The notes: generated from the letters alone by a model not told the origin. A DNA stretch of 64,000 nucleotides from an uncultured virus (IMG/VR IMGVR_UViG_3300025327_000016) (IMGVR_UViG_3300025327_000016:1-64000), one strand, 5' to 3'. Numbered from the stretch's first letter, positions 6,719-17,043 are shown. Numbers and translations: made by a program.

Positions 6719-7009
6719 TTGCTTGAAAGATGGTGTTGTTATAACGGACAACTTATTCTCAATGAATCTATTGACGATGGTTTCCCCGAATTAACAAAAG
6801 AGATATGGATGTGCAGAGGAAACATTAGATTAGCTAAGATAGAGTATCCCCCAATATACAACAGGGAAGGTATTGCCTTCCCCCGTAACTTAAGTGGTGA
6901 TCAAATACTGGCTTCGATCCAAAAGGTATATTACCCTAACAAGTTAGGGTGGGGAGATATAACAACTGATGTCCAAGGGAGTACACCTGATGATAGTACC
7001 AAACATTAG
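6719..7009 (+). CDS. Hypothetical protein, possibly frameshifted from ATG at 6694
   Basis: ORF; the SD-supported ATG at 6694 is one base out of frame. Confidence 0.45.
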   Translation: MLERWCCYNGQLILNESIDDGFPELTKEIWMCRGNIRLAKIEYPPIYNREGIAFPRNLSGDQILASIQKVYYPNKLGWGDITTDVQGSTPDDSTKH

Positions 7010-7229
7010 AAGTAATAAATATAATGATTTACCTAATAAGGTATCGCCGTTCCTAACGGCGGTGGATAAGGTATTTATTACCGAAGGTAGATTTGAAGTA
7101 GGTAGCATAAATAATCCTATTAGGCACATCTTTGATACCAGTAATGATGCTGTAGCTTACGCTGAGAAATTTCAACCAGGTACGATGACTATTCTAGATC
7201 GATGGACAAATAGTTCTTGGATAGTATAA
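6969..7229 (+). CDS. Hypothetical protein
   Basis: 86 aa ORF coupled to neighbours. Confidence 0.55.
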   Translation: MSKGVHLMIVPNIRSNKYNDLPNKVSPFLTAVDKVFITEGRFEVGSINNPIRHIFDTSNDAVAYAEKFQPGTMTILDRWTNSSWIV

Positions 7230-7483
7230 CCTATGTATGTATTATCATCTCAGATGGGCCTAAAACACATGAGTTAGAGGTGACAGGTATCTTAGACCAA
7301 CTTGGAGTAACTTCTGCGCTATATGACCAATTAGAGCTGTTTCCTGAGGCATATACAGGAGACCACATCCTAGACGATTCGATGATCGGAAAATGGAAAG
7401 CAGAAAGAGGTATTAGATCTATACCCCTTAAGAAAGGATCTAGCAAACAAACTATTGCAGATAACATTACTGAGTTAAGCTGA
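7217..7483 (+). CDS. Hypothetical protein reading into a PLKKG-type remnant
   Basis: 88 aa ORF, TTG start. Confidence 0.45.
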   Translation: MDSITYVCIIISDGPKTHELEVTGILDQLGVTSALYDQLELFPEAYTGDHILDDSMIGKWKAERGIRSIPLKKGSSKQTIADNITELS

Positions 7484-7613
7484 GTTAATTAGATCAGGTA
7501 AAAGCAAAGTTCAAGCGGTAGCCATGGATAAAGCTGGTAAGGGTAATAAGCGTAAGCGGGAAGAACATATTCCTCAAGTTAATACCTCACCCATGGATTT
7601 ATGGCATTCCTGA
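7421..7613 (+). pseudogene. Disrupted small basic phage protein (MPLKKG..K..I..NI.ELI.SG....QAVA type)
   Basis: ATA in place of ATG after AAAGAGG; 10-bp imperfect duplication 7471-7490 shifts the frame. Confidence 0.6.
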
Positions 7614-7617
7614 TCAC

Positions 7618-7648
7618 TTGACAAAAAGATCAATATATGTTATATATT
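7618..7648 (+). promoter_or_regulatory. Sigma70/sigmaA-like promoter upstream of the packaging operon
   Basis: TTGACA, 17 bp, TATATA with a TG extension (TATATT at 19 bp). Confidence 0.5.
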
Positions 7649-7875
7649 AATTCTTTTATATAATATATATAACATCACTGTCAGTAATATTATAATACAG
7701 AGAACTACTAAAAGTAGTTCTCTTATAAGATATTACTGTATGTAATATTACATACAGAGATCTCTGTCAGTAATAAGCAATCCATTAAGGTTGCGGAAAA
7801 ACCATATACAGTATATAATTAGTTAGCACCTAATAACCTATGGATCTAATGCATCAATTAAACGGAGATATTGTA

Positions 7876-8544
7876 ATGCGAAGAAATTATCGTAAGCCAA
7901 ATATAGAATCATTAGTTAAGAATAATAGGGAGCTTCCAGCTCCTCCTCCTGGATGGAAATTTCCTCGAGAGTGGAATTTAGATCAACGTAAGGTTGATGC
8001 TATAACAGTAGAACTTCAACAACGACGTAGTACTCATGGTATGTTTGCTAATGTACCCATGTTATGTAATGGCGAGCAATGTCCTTTTGCTCTTATATGT
8101 GGTGCGTGGCAGGCACAAGAGGCACACATAGGTGACAGGTGTGTGCCTGAGATAGCATTGGTTATGACCAATACAGATAGGTATCTCCGTGAGTTTGGTA
8201 TAGATCCAAATAAGGACGACCACTTTGCCGACTTCACGTTAGTGAAGGAGTTAGTAGCTATAGAGGTTATGATCGAGCGATGCGAGAAGAGATTATCTCT
8301 TGAATATGAAGTAGTGGATGTTCCTGTTCTAGCTACGAAGAACAGTGAGGTTTACACTAAGAAAGAAGTTAATGCATCACTAGATATTCGCGATAAGCAT
8401 ATGCGCCGTAGACATGAAATCCTTAGGCTATTACAAGCTACGAGAGCTGATAAGAAGCAACTATCAGGTAATACAGGTGCTGAGGTAGCTGATCGGTTGC
8501 TTACCCTTGATGCTGAAGTTACTGATATTCGAAAGGATGATTAG
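7876..8544 (+). CDS. Putative terminase small subunit / Zn-binding packaging protein
   Basis: First gene of the late operon near terL; Cys cluster and helical C-terminus; SD GGAG favours the 7876 start. Confidence 0.5.
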   Translation: MRRNYRKPNIESLVKNNRELPAPPPGWKFPREWNLDQRKVDAITVELQQRRSTHGMFANVPMLCNGEQCPFALICGAWQAQEAHIGDRCVPEIALVMTNTDRYLREFGIDPNKDDHFADFTLVKELVAIEVMIERCEKRLSLEYEVVDVPVLATKNSEVYTKKEVNASLDIRDKHMRRRHEILRLLQATRADKKQLSGNTGAEVADRLLTLDAEVTDIRKDD

Positions 8545-8546
8545 GC

Positions 8547-8963
8547 ATGCCTAATTTTGTTGGTAGTATATGGAATAATATGACGAGATATGCCCCTTCA
8601 GCTTATGCTGCTATCAAACAAGGAGCAGGGATGTTTGGTGCAGGATTTGGTGGTATGAGAAGTGGTTGGGCTGGTTCGCCTAGTCTTATGGGTAATCTTG
8701 CAAGTCCATCTTTTTTAGGTAGAGTTGGTGGTTCAATGAGTGGTTTTGGTGGTGGTATAGCTGAAGCATGGGGTGGGATGTCTACTGCTGGCAAAGTAGC
8801 AGGTGTAGGTATGGGCTTAGGTGGAGGTTGGATGGGAACTAATCTTATTGCTCGAGGATTAGGTGCTACCGTAGGTACCTTAGGAGACTTAGGTGGAGTA
8901 GCTTTTGGTGGTCCCGCAGAGAACTTTCAAAGAGGTAGGTCAAGAGGACCAATAGGATTATAG
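8547..8963 (+). CDS. Gly-rich protein, possible membrane-active or virion protein
   Basis: Very Gly-rich, amphipathic. Confidence 0.65.
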   Translation: MPNFVGSIWNNMTRYAPSAYAAIKQGAGMFGAGFGGMRSGWAGSPSLMGNLASPSFLGRVGGSMSGFGGGIAEAWGGMSTAGKVAGVGMGLGGGWMGTNLIARGLGATVGTLGDLGGVAFGGPAENFQRGRSRGPIGL

Positions 8964-8977
8964 GGCTAAAATAACAA

Positions 8978-9370
8978 ATGCCAAGTTTATTGGGTTCATT
9001 ATTAAAAGGTGTATGGAGCACTACTAAGTTTGGGGCTCGTACAGGATGGGGTATTACTAGGGGTGTAACAGGAGCTGTGTTTAACAGGGGAACCCTACAA
9101 ACAGGTATGGGTTTAGCTCAAGGAGCTTGGAGCTTAGGTAAATTTGCCCATAAGTATCAAGCACCTATTGGTTTTGGAATAGCAGCAGGAGCTTTTGCTT
9201 TTGGTGCTATGAACTATCCTAGTGTGGATCCTAAACAGTACGCCGAGGTGCGAGGACATTCTCCTATGCAACGTTTCCAAGCAAGTGCTCAAGGAGATCT
9301 TGTTTTTGGTTTAAATAAAACACCAGATGTTAATATATCTCCAATGGCGGCTGCTTATATGTTTCTTTAG
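8978..9370 (+). CDS. Gly-rich protein with a hydrophobic segment
   Basis: ORF in operon. Confidence 0.65.
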   Translation: MPSLLGSLLKGVWSTTKFGARTGWGITRGVTGAVFNRGTLQTGMGLAQGAWSLGKFAHKYQAPIGFGIAAGAFAFGAMNYPSVDPKQYAEVRGHSPMQRFQASAQGDLVFGLNKTPDVNISPMAAAYMFL

Positions 9371-9394
9371 AAGGTTATTTAGAGGATTCGATCT

Positions 9395-9868
9395 ATGTCT
9401 TTAATTTCAAGTATAGCAAAGCATTTTAAAGCTAAATGGTTGCCAGCAACTGCTGTTGGTATTGGTGGGGTTATGGAGTATCGCTCTCACTTGGGAGAGC
9501 GTGATAAACCCGTTACAGCAGCTCTTAAAACAATAGGTTCCCAAGCCTTATGGTATCTTTACCCAGCCGCTATGACAGCAATTCACGCCGCTCCTTTCTT
9601 ATCAGCTGCAGGCACAGCTATGGAAGCCAACAGGCGACAAGCTGCAGGCACTATGATGTTTGGTGCCCAAACCTTTGGACCTAGAGATGTATTAGATAAT
9701 GCCTATTTGGCTACTAATAGAGCAAGAGCTCTTACAGCTATAAATCAATCTAAGCTAAATGCTCGTAATATTATCGGCCAAGAAGCCGCCCTTATGTCAG
9801 CAAGATATTCAGGAGCAGGTTCTATTGGTGGTGCTGGTTATAATTCTTTTTATGGAGCATCTTATTAA
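9395..9868 (+). CDS. Ala/Gly-rich hypothetical protein
   Basis: ORF with SD GAGGA immediately before terL. Confidence 0.65.
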   Translation: MSLISSIAKHFKAKWLPATAVGIGGVMEYRSHLGERDKPVTAALKTIGSQALWYLYPAAMTAIHAAPFLSAAGTAMEANRRQAAGTMMFGAQTFGPRDVLDNAYLATNRARALTAINQSKLNARNIIGQEAALMSARYSGAGSIGGAGYNSFYGASY

Positions 9869-9873
9869 TTTAT

Positions 9874-11589
9874 ATGGGTATAGATATAACTCGTTTTACT
9901 CCAGAACAACGCAGTAGGTATATAGAAGTTCTTAAGACCTTTCCTCTCTTCGCAAAAGAATTTTTCGATAAAACTCTTCGTGATTGGCAACAAACAGTTG
10001 TTGCAACAAATGCTAAACGTTTTGCGTTACGCGTAGCACGTCGTGGTGGTAAAACCGAATTAGTATGTATGATGGTTTTATGGTTATGTTTTACTAATGG
10101 TAAGGTCATAGATCCTACCCGCAAGCAACGATACAAAGTTATTGTGATGGCTCCACTAGAAACCCATCTTAATGATATTTATCAGAATATGCTAACACTC
10201 ATAAATACCTCTAAAGATTTTCAAGAGAGTATAGAGAAGCCCGCTAAAGCACCTGCATTTTTGCGTTTTAAAAACGGTGCTGTTATACAATTCTTAACAG
10301 CAGGTACCAAGTCGGGAATGGCAGCCATGGGTATTCGTGGTAAGTGGGGTGATTTAATATGGGTAGAAGAAGCAGACTATTGTACGGATGATGACATGAC
10401 ATCAGCTTTAGCTATCTTGGGTCAATCAGATGACATTAGGTTTATAATGACATCTACTCCATCAGGTAAAAGAGGTATATACTACGAGACATGTGTTGAT
10501 CCAGAACCCAGAGGCTTCAAATCATTTCACTATAATTGCTGGGAAGCAATACCAGATTGGAATGAAGAACGTGATAGGCAGATACGTATGCTCATTGGGC
10601 CAGTTAGGTATGAACATGAACAACTAGCTGATTTTGGTTCTGAATCATTTGCGGTATTTAAGAAAGAAAAAATAGATACTGCTAAAAATCGCGATACACC
10701 ATGGTATACTCATTCTCCCAAATCTCATCCTAATTATGGGTATCTTATGTCTAAGCTTTATAGCAAAGAACATCCTATCGTAATAGGAGTAGATTGGGAT
10801 AAGTATCATGCTGCTACTCAGATAGTTGTTGTGCAGTTTGAAAGATATGATGATAAAGACTATTATATGCGCGTAATAGCAAGACATGAAATACCAATAG
10901 GAGAATATACCCTACATAACGCTACTAAGAAAATAGTTATGCTTAATGATTTCTATCAACCAGATTATATCTATTGTGATCGTGGTTATGGAGAAGGTCA
11001 GATAGAAAACTTAAAAGTAGTTGGTTTGGAGAATCCAGAAACCAAACTTCACGATAAAGTAATTGGTGTACATTTTGGACAGTCAGTAGATATTCTAGAT
11101 CCGCATACTAGGGTAAGATCATCAACGCCAATCAAACCACTAATGGTAAATAGATTAACTCAGATGTTTGATGACGAAGTACTTATACTAAGTCCTCATG
11201 ATCACTTCATGACCCTAGAGTTAAACGAATATCGAGTTAAGCGTATGAGCCAAAATGGACAACCCATTTTCTCTTCTAAGAACGAACATGCCATAGACGC
11301 TCTTATGTTAGCAGTATATGGTATTACCGAACACTTTTTAAATATGGGCAAGGTAGAATCTTATGCTGAGATGCAGCCTATTAGCAATATCTTAAAGCGC
11401 GTACCTGAAAACAAAACCTCACCATTACAAAAACGCAACACCAATATAGATTATGAGCCCCCTCCGCCTGGGTTTATACCATCCAATCAGTATGGATTGC
11501 GAGGAGGGGGATTCGACAGCTTTAATCCTACAGTATCTAGATTTGGTGGTTCAGGTATAAGACGTAGAAGTTTTACGCGAGGTAGCTAA
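9874..11589 (+). CDS. terL: Terminase large subunit
   Basis: Walker A RVARRGGKT, Walker B LIWVEEAD, coupling motif TSTP, nuclease IGVDWD and HAIDAL. Confidence 0.92.
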   Translation: MGIDITRFTPEQRSRYIEVLKTFPLFAKEFFDKTLRDWQQTVVATNAKRFALRVARRGGKTELVCMMVLWLCFTNGKVIDPTRKQRYKVIVMAPLETHLNDIYQNMLTLINTSKDFQESIEKPAKAPAFLRFKNGAVIQFLTAGTKSGMAAMGIRGKWGDLIWVEEADYCTDDDMTSALAILGQSDDIRFIMTSTPSGKRGIYYETCVDPEPRGFKSFHYNCWEAIPDWNEERDRQIRMLIGPVRYEHEQLADFGSESFAVFKKEKIDTAKNRDTPWYTHSPKSHPNYGYLMSKLYSKEHPIVIGVDWDKYHAATQIVVVQFERYDDKDYYMRVIARHEIPIGEYTLHNATKKIVMLNDFYQPDYIYCDRGYGEGQIENLKVVGLENPETKLHDKVIGVHFGQSVDILDPHTRVRSSTPIKPLMVNRLTQMFDDEVLILSPHDHFMTLELNEYRVKRMSQNGQPIFSSKNEHAIDALMLAVYGITEHFLNMGKVESYAEMQPISNILKRVPENKTSPLQKRNTNIDYEPPPPGFIPSNQYGLRGGGFDSFNPTVSRFGGSGIRRRSFTRGS

Positions 11590-12878
11590 TGAATGACTTT
11601 AAGAGTAATGATGAGGAATTATTAGGTTTTGCTCCTGATATTACATATCATCCACCACCAGCTATACGTGACGGTGAAACTTTAGGTGAGCGTGAGCAAG
11701 CAGCAGAATTACCTCTTGTATTTATTCCAACTGTTCAAGAGATTATTTACCTAAAGGATGCTGTTAAGGACACGGCTGGAATCTTAGATGAACAATTGAA
11801 TGATATAGAATTATCTCTTGCTCACTTCTCAATTAATATATCTGAGTTAGATCTTACAGACGAAGATCTAACTTACCTACAAGGAATTAGTTCTCTAACC
11901 ATACAAGACCTAAAGAATTATTATCTTACTAGAACACAACCACTATCTCAAACCATAGTAAATACTTTCCAAAAAGGGGCTTCTGACATTACAGGCAATA
12001 TAGATGCTGAGATATATGCAGATCTATTTGGCATACGAAATATAGAACTATATGTATATGCAAATGCAGTAAGTGGAATCATTACTCTTTTACAAAGCGA
12101 TCTATTAAGCAATACAAATGATTTAGATAGATACCATAGTACTCAATTACCTCCAGGCATAGCCGACTATGTAAACGTAATGCGCGATGGTATGGATAAG
12201 CTAGCTATAGCAATATCTAATTACATAGCCCTTCGTAAGAAGGCGGTAGTAAGACAACAGATTGCTAATATGACTACTCCTATATTACAATCAATTAAAG
12301 ATAGTCCTAAGTCAATCTCAAGTTTTATACAAGGTATTAGTCAACTTATGGGTATAATCACATTAGCTAATGATATTAAGCGCTCAAGTGAACCAATAGG
12401 GGACAGCAATATTCAAAGAGTAGTTGGTACAGTAGGTAATCTAGAGATAGATCCTAAGATGGCTCTCGGGATATCTTTTTTGGGTGATAAGATAAAGAAA
12501 CCTGGCGCATCTTTCTTAACAGACTTATTGAATTTAGCTCCACCTAACCAAGATTTTAATATGATGGCTTCTCAAATTACTTCATCAGCCAGAGTAGTAC
12601 ATCAATACCAAACAGAGAAAATGATAAATATGGCTAGGTTATTTGCTCTTAAAAATCAATTATTTGACAATCGCTATGATTTCCTGCATGATAAGGATAG
12701 TAAAAGATTAATGCATGGAGCTTTAGATTCTATTAATACTAAACTTAAGGGTTTAAAAAATAAAGATTTCAACATGTCTAATACAGTTAAAGACATATTA
12801 TCTTCATTTGGCAATAAGTTATTTGGTGAACAAAAAAGAGTATTTCAGTCTAGTCCTTTTCCACGGCTTATGGATTAA
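11589..12878 (+). CDS. Hypothetical helical protein
   Basis: 429 aa, coupled to terL. Confidence 0.75.
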   Translation: MNDFKSNDEELLGFAPDITYHPPPAIRDGETLGEREQAAELPLVFIPTVQEIIYLKDAVKDTAGILDEQLNDIELSLAHFSINISELDLTDEDLTYLQGISSLTIQDLKNYYLTRTQPLSQTIVNTFQKGASDITGNIDAEIYADLFGIRNIELYVYANAVSGIITLLQSDLLSNTNDLDRYHSTQLPPGIADYVNVMRDGMDKLAIAISNYIALRKKAVVRQQIANMTTPILQSIKDSPKSISSFIQGISQLMGIITLANDIKRSSEPIGDSNIQRVVGTVGNLEIDPKMALGISFLGDKIKKPGASFLTDLLNLAPPNQDFNMMASQITSSARVVHQYQTEKMINMARLFALKNQLFDNRYDFLHDKDSKRLMHGALDSINTKLKGLKNKDFNMSNTVKDILSSFGNKLFGEQKRVFQSSPFPRLMD

Positions 12879-12909
12879 CTATCTAGAAACTACTTTAAAA
12901 GGAGTTACT

Positions 12910-13956
12910 ATGACAATGTCAGCGCCATCACCTAACTCTCTACCATTCCTAAATACAATTTATGATGCAAATAAATTCTATGGCGACCTAAGAAGCCAAG
13001 TCAATAATCACATATTTGGACAAAACAATGCAATAGATGTTGTTCTACAGACCTTTAAAAGATATTTAGTTGGATTAAACGAACCCAACAAACCCATAGG
13101 TGCTTTTTTATTTGTTGGTCCTACAGGTTCAGGCAAGTCACAAACTGCAAAGGTATTAGCGGAACATGCATTTGGAAAAGAAGGACTTATTAAAATAGAC
13201 TGTTCTGAATATGCTCAAGAATTTATGGCTACTAGATTAATAGGTGCTCCTCCTGGCTATATTGGACACGAAAATGGTTCAGTATTAATACGTATGATGC
13301 AACAACGTAAGGATAAGGGTACTATAATTCTCTTTGATGAAGTAGAAAAAGCACACCCTACTTTCTTTGATTTATTTCTTCAGATACTAGATGAAGCTGT
13401 TCTTACAGATGGTTCGGGCACCCAAGCAGACTTCTCTAAATCAATAATAATTATGACATCCAATATTGGCTCTAAAAACTATAGCAACAATCAAACACTT
13501 GGATTTAGAAACAATAATCGCATAGTTGATATAGAGAAATCAGTTAATAAAGAAATAAAGGCATTACTTAGACCAGAACTAATTAATAGACTAACAGCTA
13601 TGCTTTATTTTAAACCATTAACTGAAGTGGAGATCAAACTTATATTAGGCAAGTATTTTAAAGAACTAAATAAAAAACTTCAACGACTAGAGATTAAACT
13701 AGAACCTAGTGATGAAGTTATAGAACATCTAATTAAAATAGGATTTAATCCAGAATATAATGCAAGAGAATTGTATCGAGTATTTACTAGATACATAATT
13801 AACCCTATGTCAGATATTATTCTGGCTGGAGATCTTAAAAGTGATAGTCTAGTATTAATAAAATTATCACCTTCAACCATAGGATCTTCTCCTAAATTGC
13901 TATTAAAACGGATAGGTTCATACCCATTATTAGATGATGGGGAAGAAGAGGTATAA
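12910..13956 (+). CDS. Stand-alone ClpA/ClpB-type AAA+ (D2) ATPase
   Basis: FLFVGPTGSGKS, IDCSEY, RLIGAPPGYIG, LFDEVEKAHP, IMTSNIGS, RPELINRL; SD AAAGGAG before 12910. Confidence 0.9.
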   Translation: MTMSAPSPNSLPFLNTIYDANKFYGDLRSQVNNHIFGQNNAIDVVLQTFKRYLVGLNEPNKPIGAFLFVGPTGSGKSQTAKVLAEHAFGKEGLIKIDCSEYAQEFMATRLIGAPPGYIGHENGSVLIRMMQQRKDKGTIILFDEVEKAHPTFFDLFLQILDEAVLTDGSGTQADFSKSIIIMTSNIGSKNYSNNQTLGFRNNNRIVDIEKSVNKEIKALLRPELINRLTAMLYFKPLTEVEIKLILGKYFKELNKKLQRLEIKLEPSDEVIEHLIKIGFNPEYNARELYRVFTRYIINPMSDIILAGDLKSDSLVLIKLSPSTIGSSPKLLLKRIGSYPLLDDGEEEV

Positions 13957-13962
13957 TCTTAC

Positions 13963-16101
13963 ATGGTTCCGAAAATTAAAAACATAAAGGACATTCTTTC
14001 AACCAATTCCAGTACACCATCACAATTAGAACAAGCTTATGCTAATCCAACTGCTTTTTTAGGCGGATTACAGCAAGCCTTCTTTTTAACAGCTAGAGGT
14101 CATGGTACGGGTAAGGGAACACGTACGGTAGTTGATCGCCCATTCTTAGATATGCGTCAGATAATGATGTCATACTATAATGACAGCTATGTCCGCCAGT
14201 CGGTTTCCAAATTTGTTAATCTTATGTTTAAGGCTGGTTGGAGTTTGAAGGGTAAGGATACCAAGATAGTTGACTACTTACGTATAAGATTGATGATGTT
14301 AGCTGATGCCACCAAAGAACCAACAGATATATTCCTACATCGTATAGCTAAAGACGTGGTATTGTATGGTAATGTATTTATAGTTAAACAACGAGCAGAA
14401 TACTCAAGCATGCCTAAGCGCATTCCTATTTCACCAACAAACGATGAGAAGTTTCCAATAGCAGGATATTTCATAGCTCATCCTGCAACAGTAGCTCCTA
14501 TTAAAGATGACCGTGGGAAGATTATATCATATCTTCAAAGTAGACATGGATATCAATTTGGTAGAGTATTAGGGTCAACTAAAGAAAATGTAGCTCACTT
14601 CCATCCTAAGGATGTTATACACATTAAAGCAGATCCAGAAGATGGATTTACATGGGGTAATAGTCATCTCATACCTGTTATGGAAGATATAAAATTACTT
14701 CGTGAAATAGAAGAGAACGTTGCTAGATTGATATATCGTTATACTTATCCATTTACGCAAATCAAAGTGGGACTACCCAATGATCCAACACTATTTGCAT
14801 CTGAAGAAGAAGTACTTGATATGAAGAATCGATTAGATCAAGCTCCATCGGATGCAACATGGGTAACTAATGAGCGCACAGATATTAAGGTAGTTGGAGT
14901 ACAAGGTGAGGCACTAGATGTTGAACCCTACCTAAAATACTTTAGGGAACGGGTCTTCACAGGATTGGGTGTTTCAGGCGTTCAAATGGGCCTAGGAGAA
15001 ACAGTTAATCGTAGTACATCAGATACCCTTACCACAGAAATGCATGATCAGGTAAAGTCATATCAGAAGCTTATAGAGACATATATAACCCACTTCGTAT
15101 TTAGAGAGCTTCTCGAAGAAGGCGGTTATTCTTTCTATGTAGATCCAGTAAATAATATGGTAGCATTATCATTTGAAGAAATAGAGACAGACCTACTTGT
15201 TAAACTCCAAAATCACACAATATATAAATACGAACACGATGCGATAGACGAAGATGAAATGCGCCAAGCTATAGGTATGGATCCAATCAAAGAAGATGAA
15301 AGACATAAGATGCGAACATATAAAGTTAAGATACCTCAGTTGGTTGCAGAGGGACTAGCTAGGTCTGGATATGGCGGAGAAGACATAGAAGCTTCATTAG
15401 TAGTCTTAGGTGATCAACAAATAGGTAAGGCCAAAGCTGGTACGCCAGCTACTAATAATAAAAATCAACCTCAAAATCAACACGGTGTTCGTCTTGGTCC
15501 TAAGATAAAGAAAGAATTAAAAGAAAGTGATACGGTAGATGGATTTGATAGAATCATAGGTGGAATAGAAAAGATATCACAAGAGATGTCTCATAATATA
15601 CGCAATGCAATTACGGTGGGAGCACCCATCACAGCTCATCTATCAGCACACATAAGTAAGGAGAAATTACAAGCTCATATTAAATATTTTGCCAATGAAT
15701 CATTCCATCTAGGATCTCATAGAGATATGTCTACTAAAGAGAGTATGAGGATGAATTCCTACATACGTGATGTTCTTGCTGCATTCTTCGATGAGATTGA
15801 TAGTGCTATTCCAAAACACAGAGGGCTTTCTTCTGAAAGCCTAGATAAGTATATAGATAAACATATACGTATAGAAGCTAAATCTAAGTACTTAATAGAT
15901 ATAGTTAAACGCAGTTACTACTATGGTATAGTGCTTAGATCGCGAGAGTTGGGTTTGAGAATCAATACACTACAAAACAATGAGTGTAGTGTATGTAGTA
16001 CCCTAGCTAATAAGGACTTGACTTTAGTAAGCTATGGTGAATTATTTAATAATTTACCACCGTTTCATCGTGCGTGTAAATGCGCAGTAGAAATTAACTA
16101 A
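13963..16101 (+). CDS. Portal protein with a C-terminal MuF/head-morphogenesis-like extension
   Basis: Position; YGN.FI.K, DVIHIK and G.S.L.P portal-like motifs; C-terminal CSVC...LPPFHRACKC. Confidence 0.8.
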   Translation: MVPKIKNIKDILSTNSSTPSQLEQAYANPTAFLGGLQQAFFLTARGHGTGKGTRTVVDRPFLDMRQIMMSYYNDSYVRQSVSKFVNLMFKAGWSLKGKDTKIVDYLRIRLMMLADATKEPTDIFLHRIAKDVVLYGNVFIVKQRAEYSSMPKRIPISPTNDEKFPIAGYFIAHPATVAPIKDDRGKIISYLQSRHGYQFGRVLGSTKENVAHFHPKDVIHIKADPEDGFTWGNSHLIPVMEDIKLLREIEENVARLIYRYTYPFTQIKVGLPNDPTLFASEEEVLDMKNRLDQAPSDATWVTNERTDIKVVGVQGEALDVEPYLKYFRERVFTGLGVSGVQMGLGETVNRSTSDTLTTEMHDQVKSYQKLIETYITHFVFRELLEEGGYSFYVDPVNNMVALSFEEIETDLLVKLQNHTIYKYEHDAIDEDEMRQAIGMDPIKEDERHKMRTYKVKIPQLVAEGLARSGYGGEDIEASLVVLGDQQIGKAKAGTPATNNKNQPQNQHGVRLGPKIKKELKESDTVDGFDRIIGGIEKISQEMSHNIRNAITVGAPITAHLSAHISKEKLQAHIKYFANESFHLGSHRDMSTKESMRMNSYIRDVLAAFFDEIDSAIPKHRGLSSESLDKYIDKHIRIEAKSKYLIDIVKRSYYYGIVLRSRELGLRINTLQNNECSVCSTLANKDLTLVSYGELFNNLPPFHRACKCAVEIN

Positions 16102-16113
16102 GAGAGGTCATAT

Positions 16114-17043
16114 ATGAAACATAAGCTATTTCGTATATATGAAAGATTTCAGGTGGCATTACCTGAACGCTATATTAAGATATATGAGGCAACCCAGTCA
16201 TCGTCTATGTTACTAGAAGCTTCAGATGAAGGTTCGCTTGGTGGTATGATGCCAGCAACTTCTAGTATGAAAGGTAGTGAGGGGCTGCGCCCCGAAATAG
16301 AAGCCATTCATAGTGATAAGATTACGCGTAATTATACATACTACCCATTAGAAAAGGTTATGGGAGATAAGAAAAAGAAGAGTGGCTTATACTCAGCTAC
16401 ACATCCCGTACCCAAACCTATTCTTCGTAATCATGATATAGATAGTGAACCTCTTGGTAGAATTGAACAGGCATATATGGGAGATGGAGATAAAAAGGGT
16501 AAGAACGCTCCCATGATGATAGTACCCAGAATTACAGACCCAGGAGCAATACAGAAAATATTAGATGGCCGATACCTGACAGTATCTATTGGTGCAGATA
16601 CGAACGAAGCTAGGTGTTCTATATGTGAAGCCAATATAGCTAGCGATGAAGCTTGTGATCATATGCGTGGTTATTTCTACAATGCAAAAGGCGAAGCCGT
16701 AGGTCCTGACGATCCTCGTGGTAAGATGATGTATAGACGCATAGGCGACTTTTATATAGCAGAAGTTTCATTTGTTAATATACCCAGTGATGACACAGCT
16801 AAAGTGCGTCATCCTAATCTAGATGCTGTAATGAAAGAATATTACAAGGAAGATAGGTTATTGTCATTACGCTTAAGTGAAGCCTATTATAAGGAGGATC
16901 ATCCTATGGAAGCATTAGATAGGTATGTAACATACCTTGGCGATCAAGAAGGTGCGTCTTATTTGTGGAGTGCAGTAAACTTGGAGTTGTTAGATAGAGA
17001 TGATTATGTTGATGCCTCAGACGAATCCGAGGAGGCAGAATAA
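16114..17043 (+). CDS. Prohead maturation protease
   Basis: LRNHD...PLGRI, TVSIG, EVSFVNIPSD; CSIC/CDH insertion. Confidence 0.8.
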   Translation: MKHKLFRIYERFQVALPERYIKIYEATQSSSMLLEASDEGSLGGMMPATSSMKGSEGLRPEIEAIHSDKITRNYTYYPLEKVMGDKKKKSGLYSATHPVPKPILRNHDIDSEPLGRIEQAYMGDGDKKGKNAPMMIVPRITDPGAIQKILDGRYLTVSIGADTNEARCSICEANIASDEACDHMRGYFYNAKGEAVGPDDPRGKMMYRRIGDFYIAEVSFVNIPSDDTAKVRHPNLDAVMKEYYKEDRLLSLRLSEAYYKEDHPMEALDRYVTYLGDQEGASYLWSAVNLELLDRDDYVDASDESEEAE

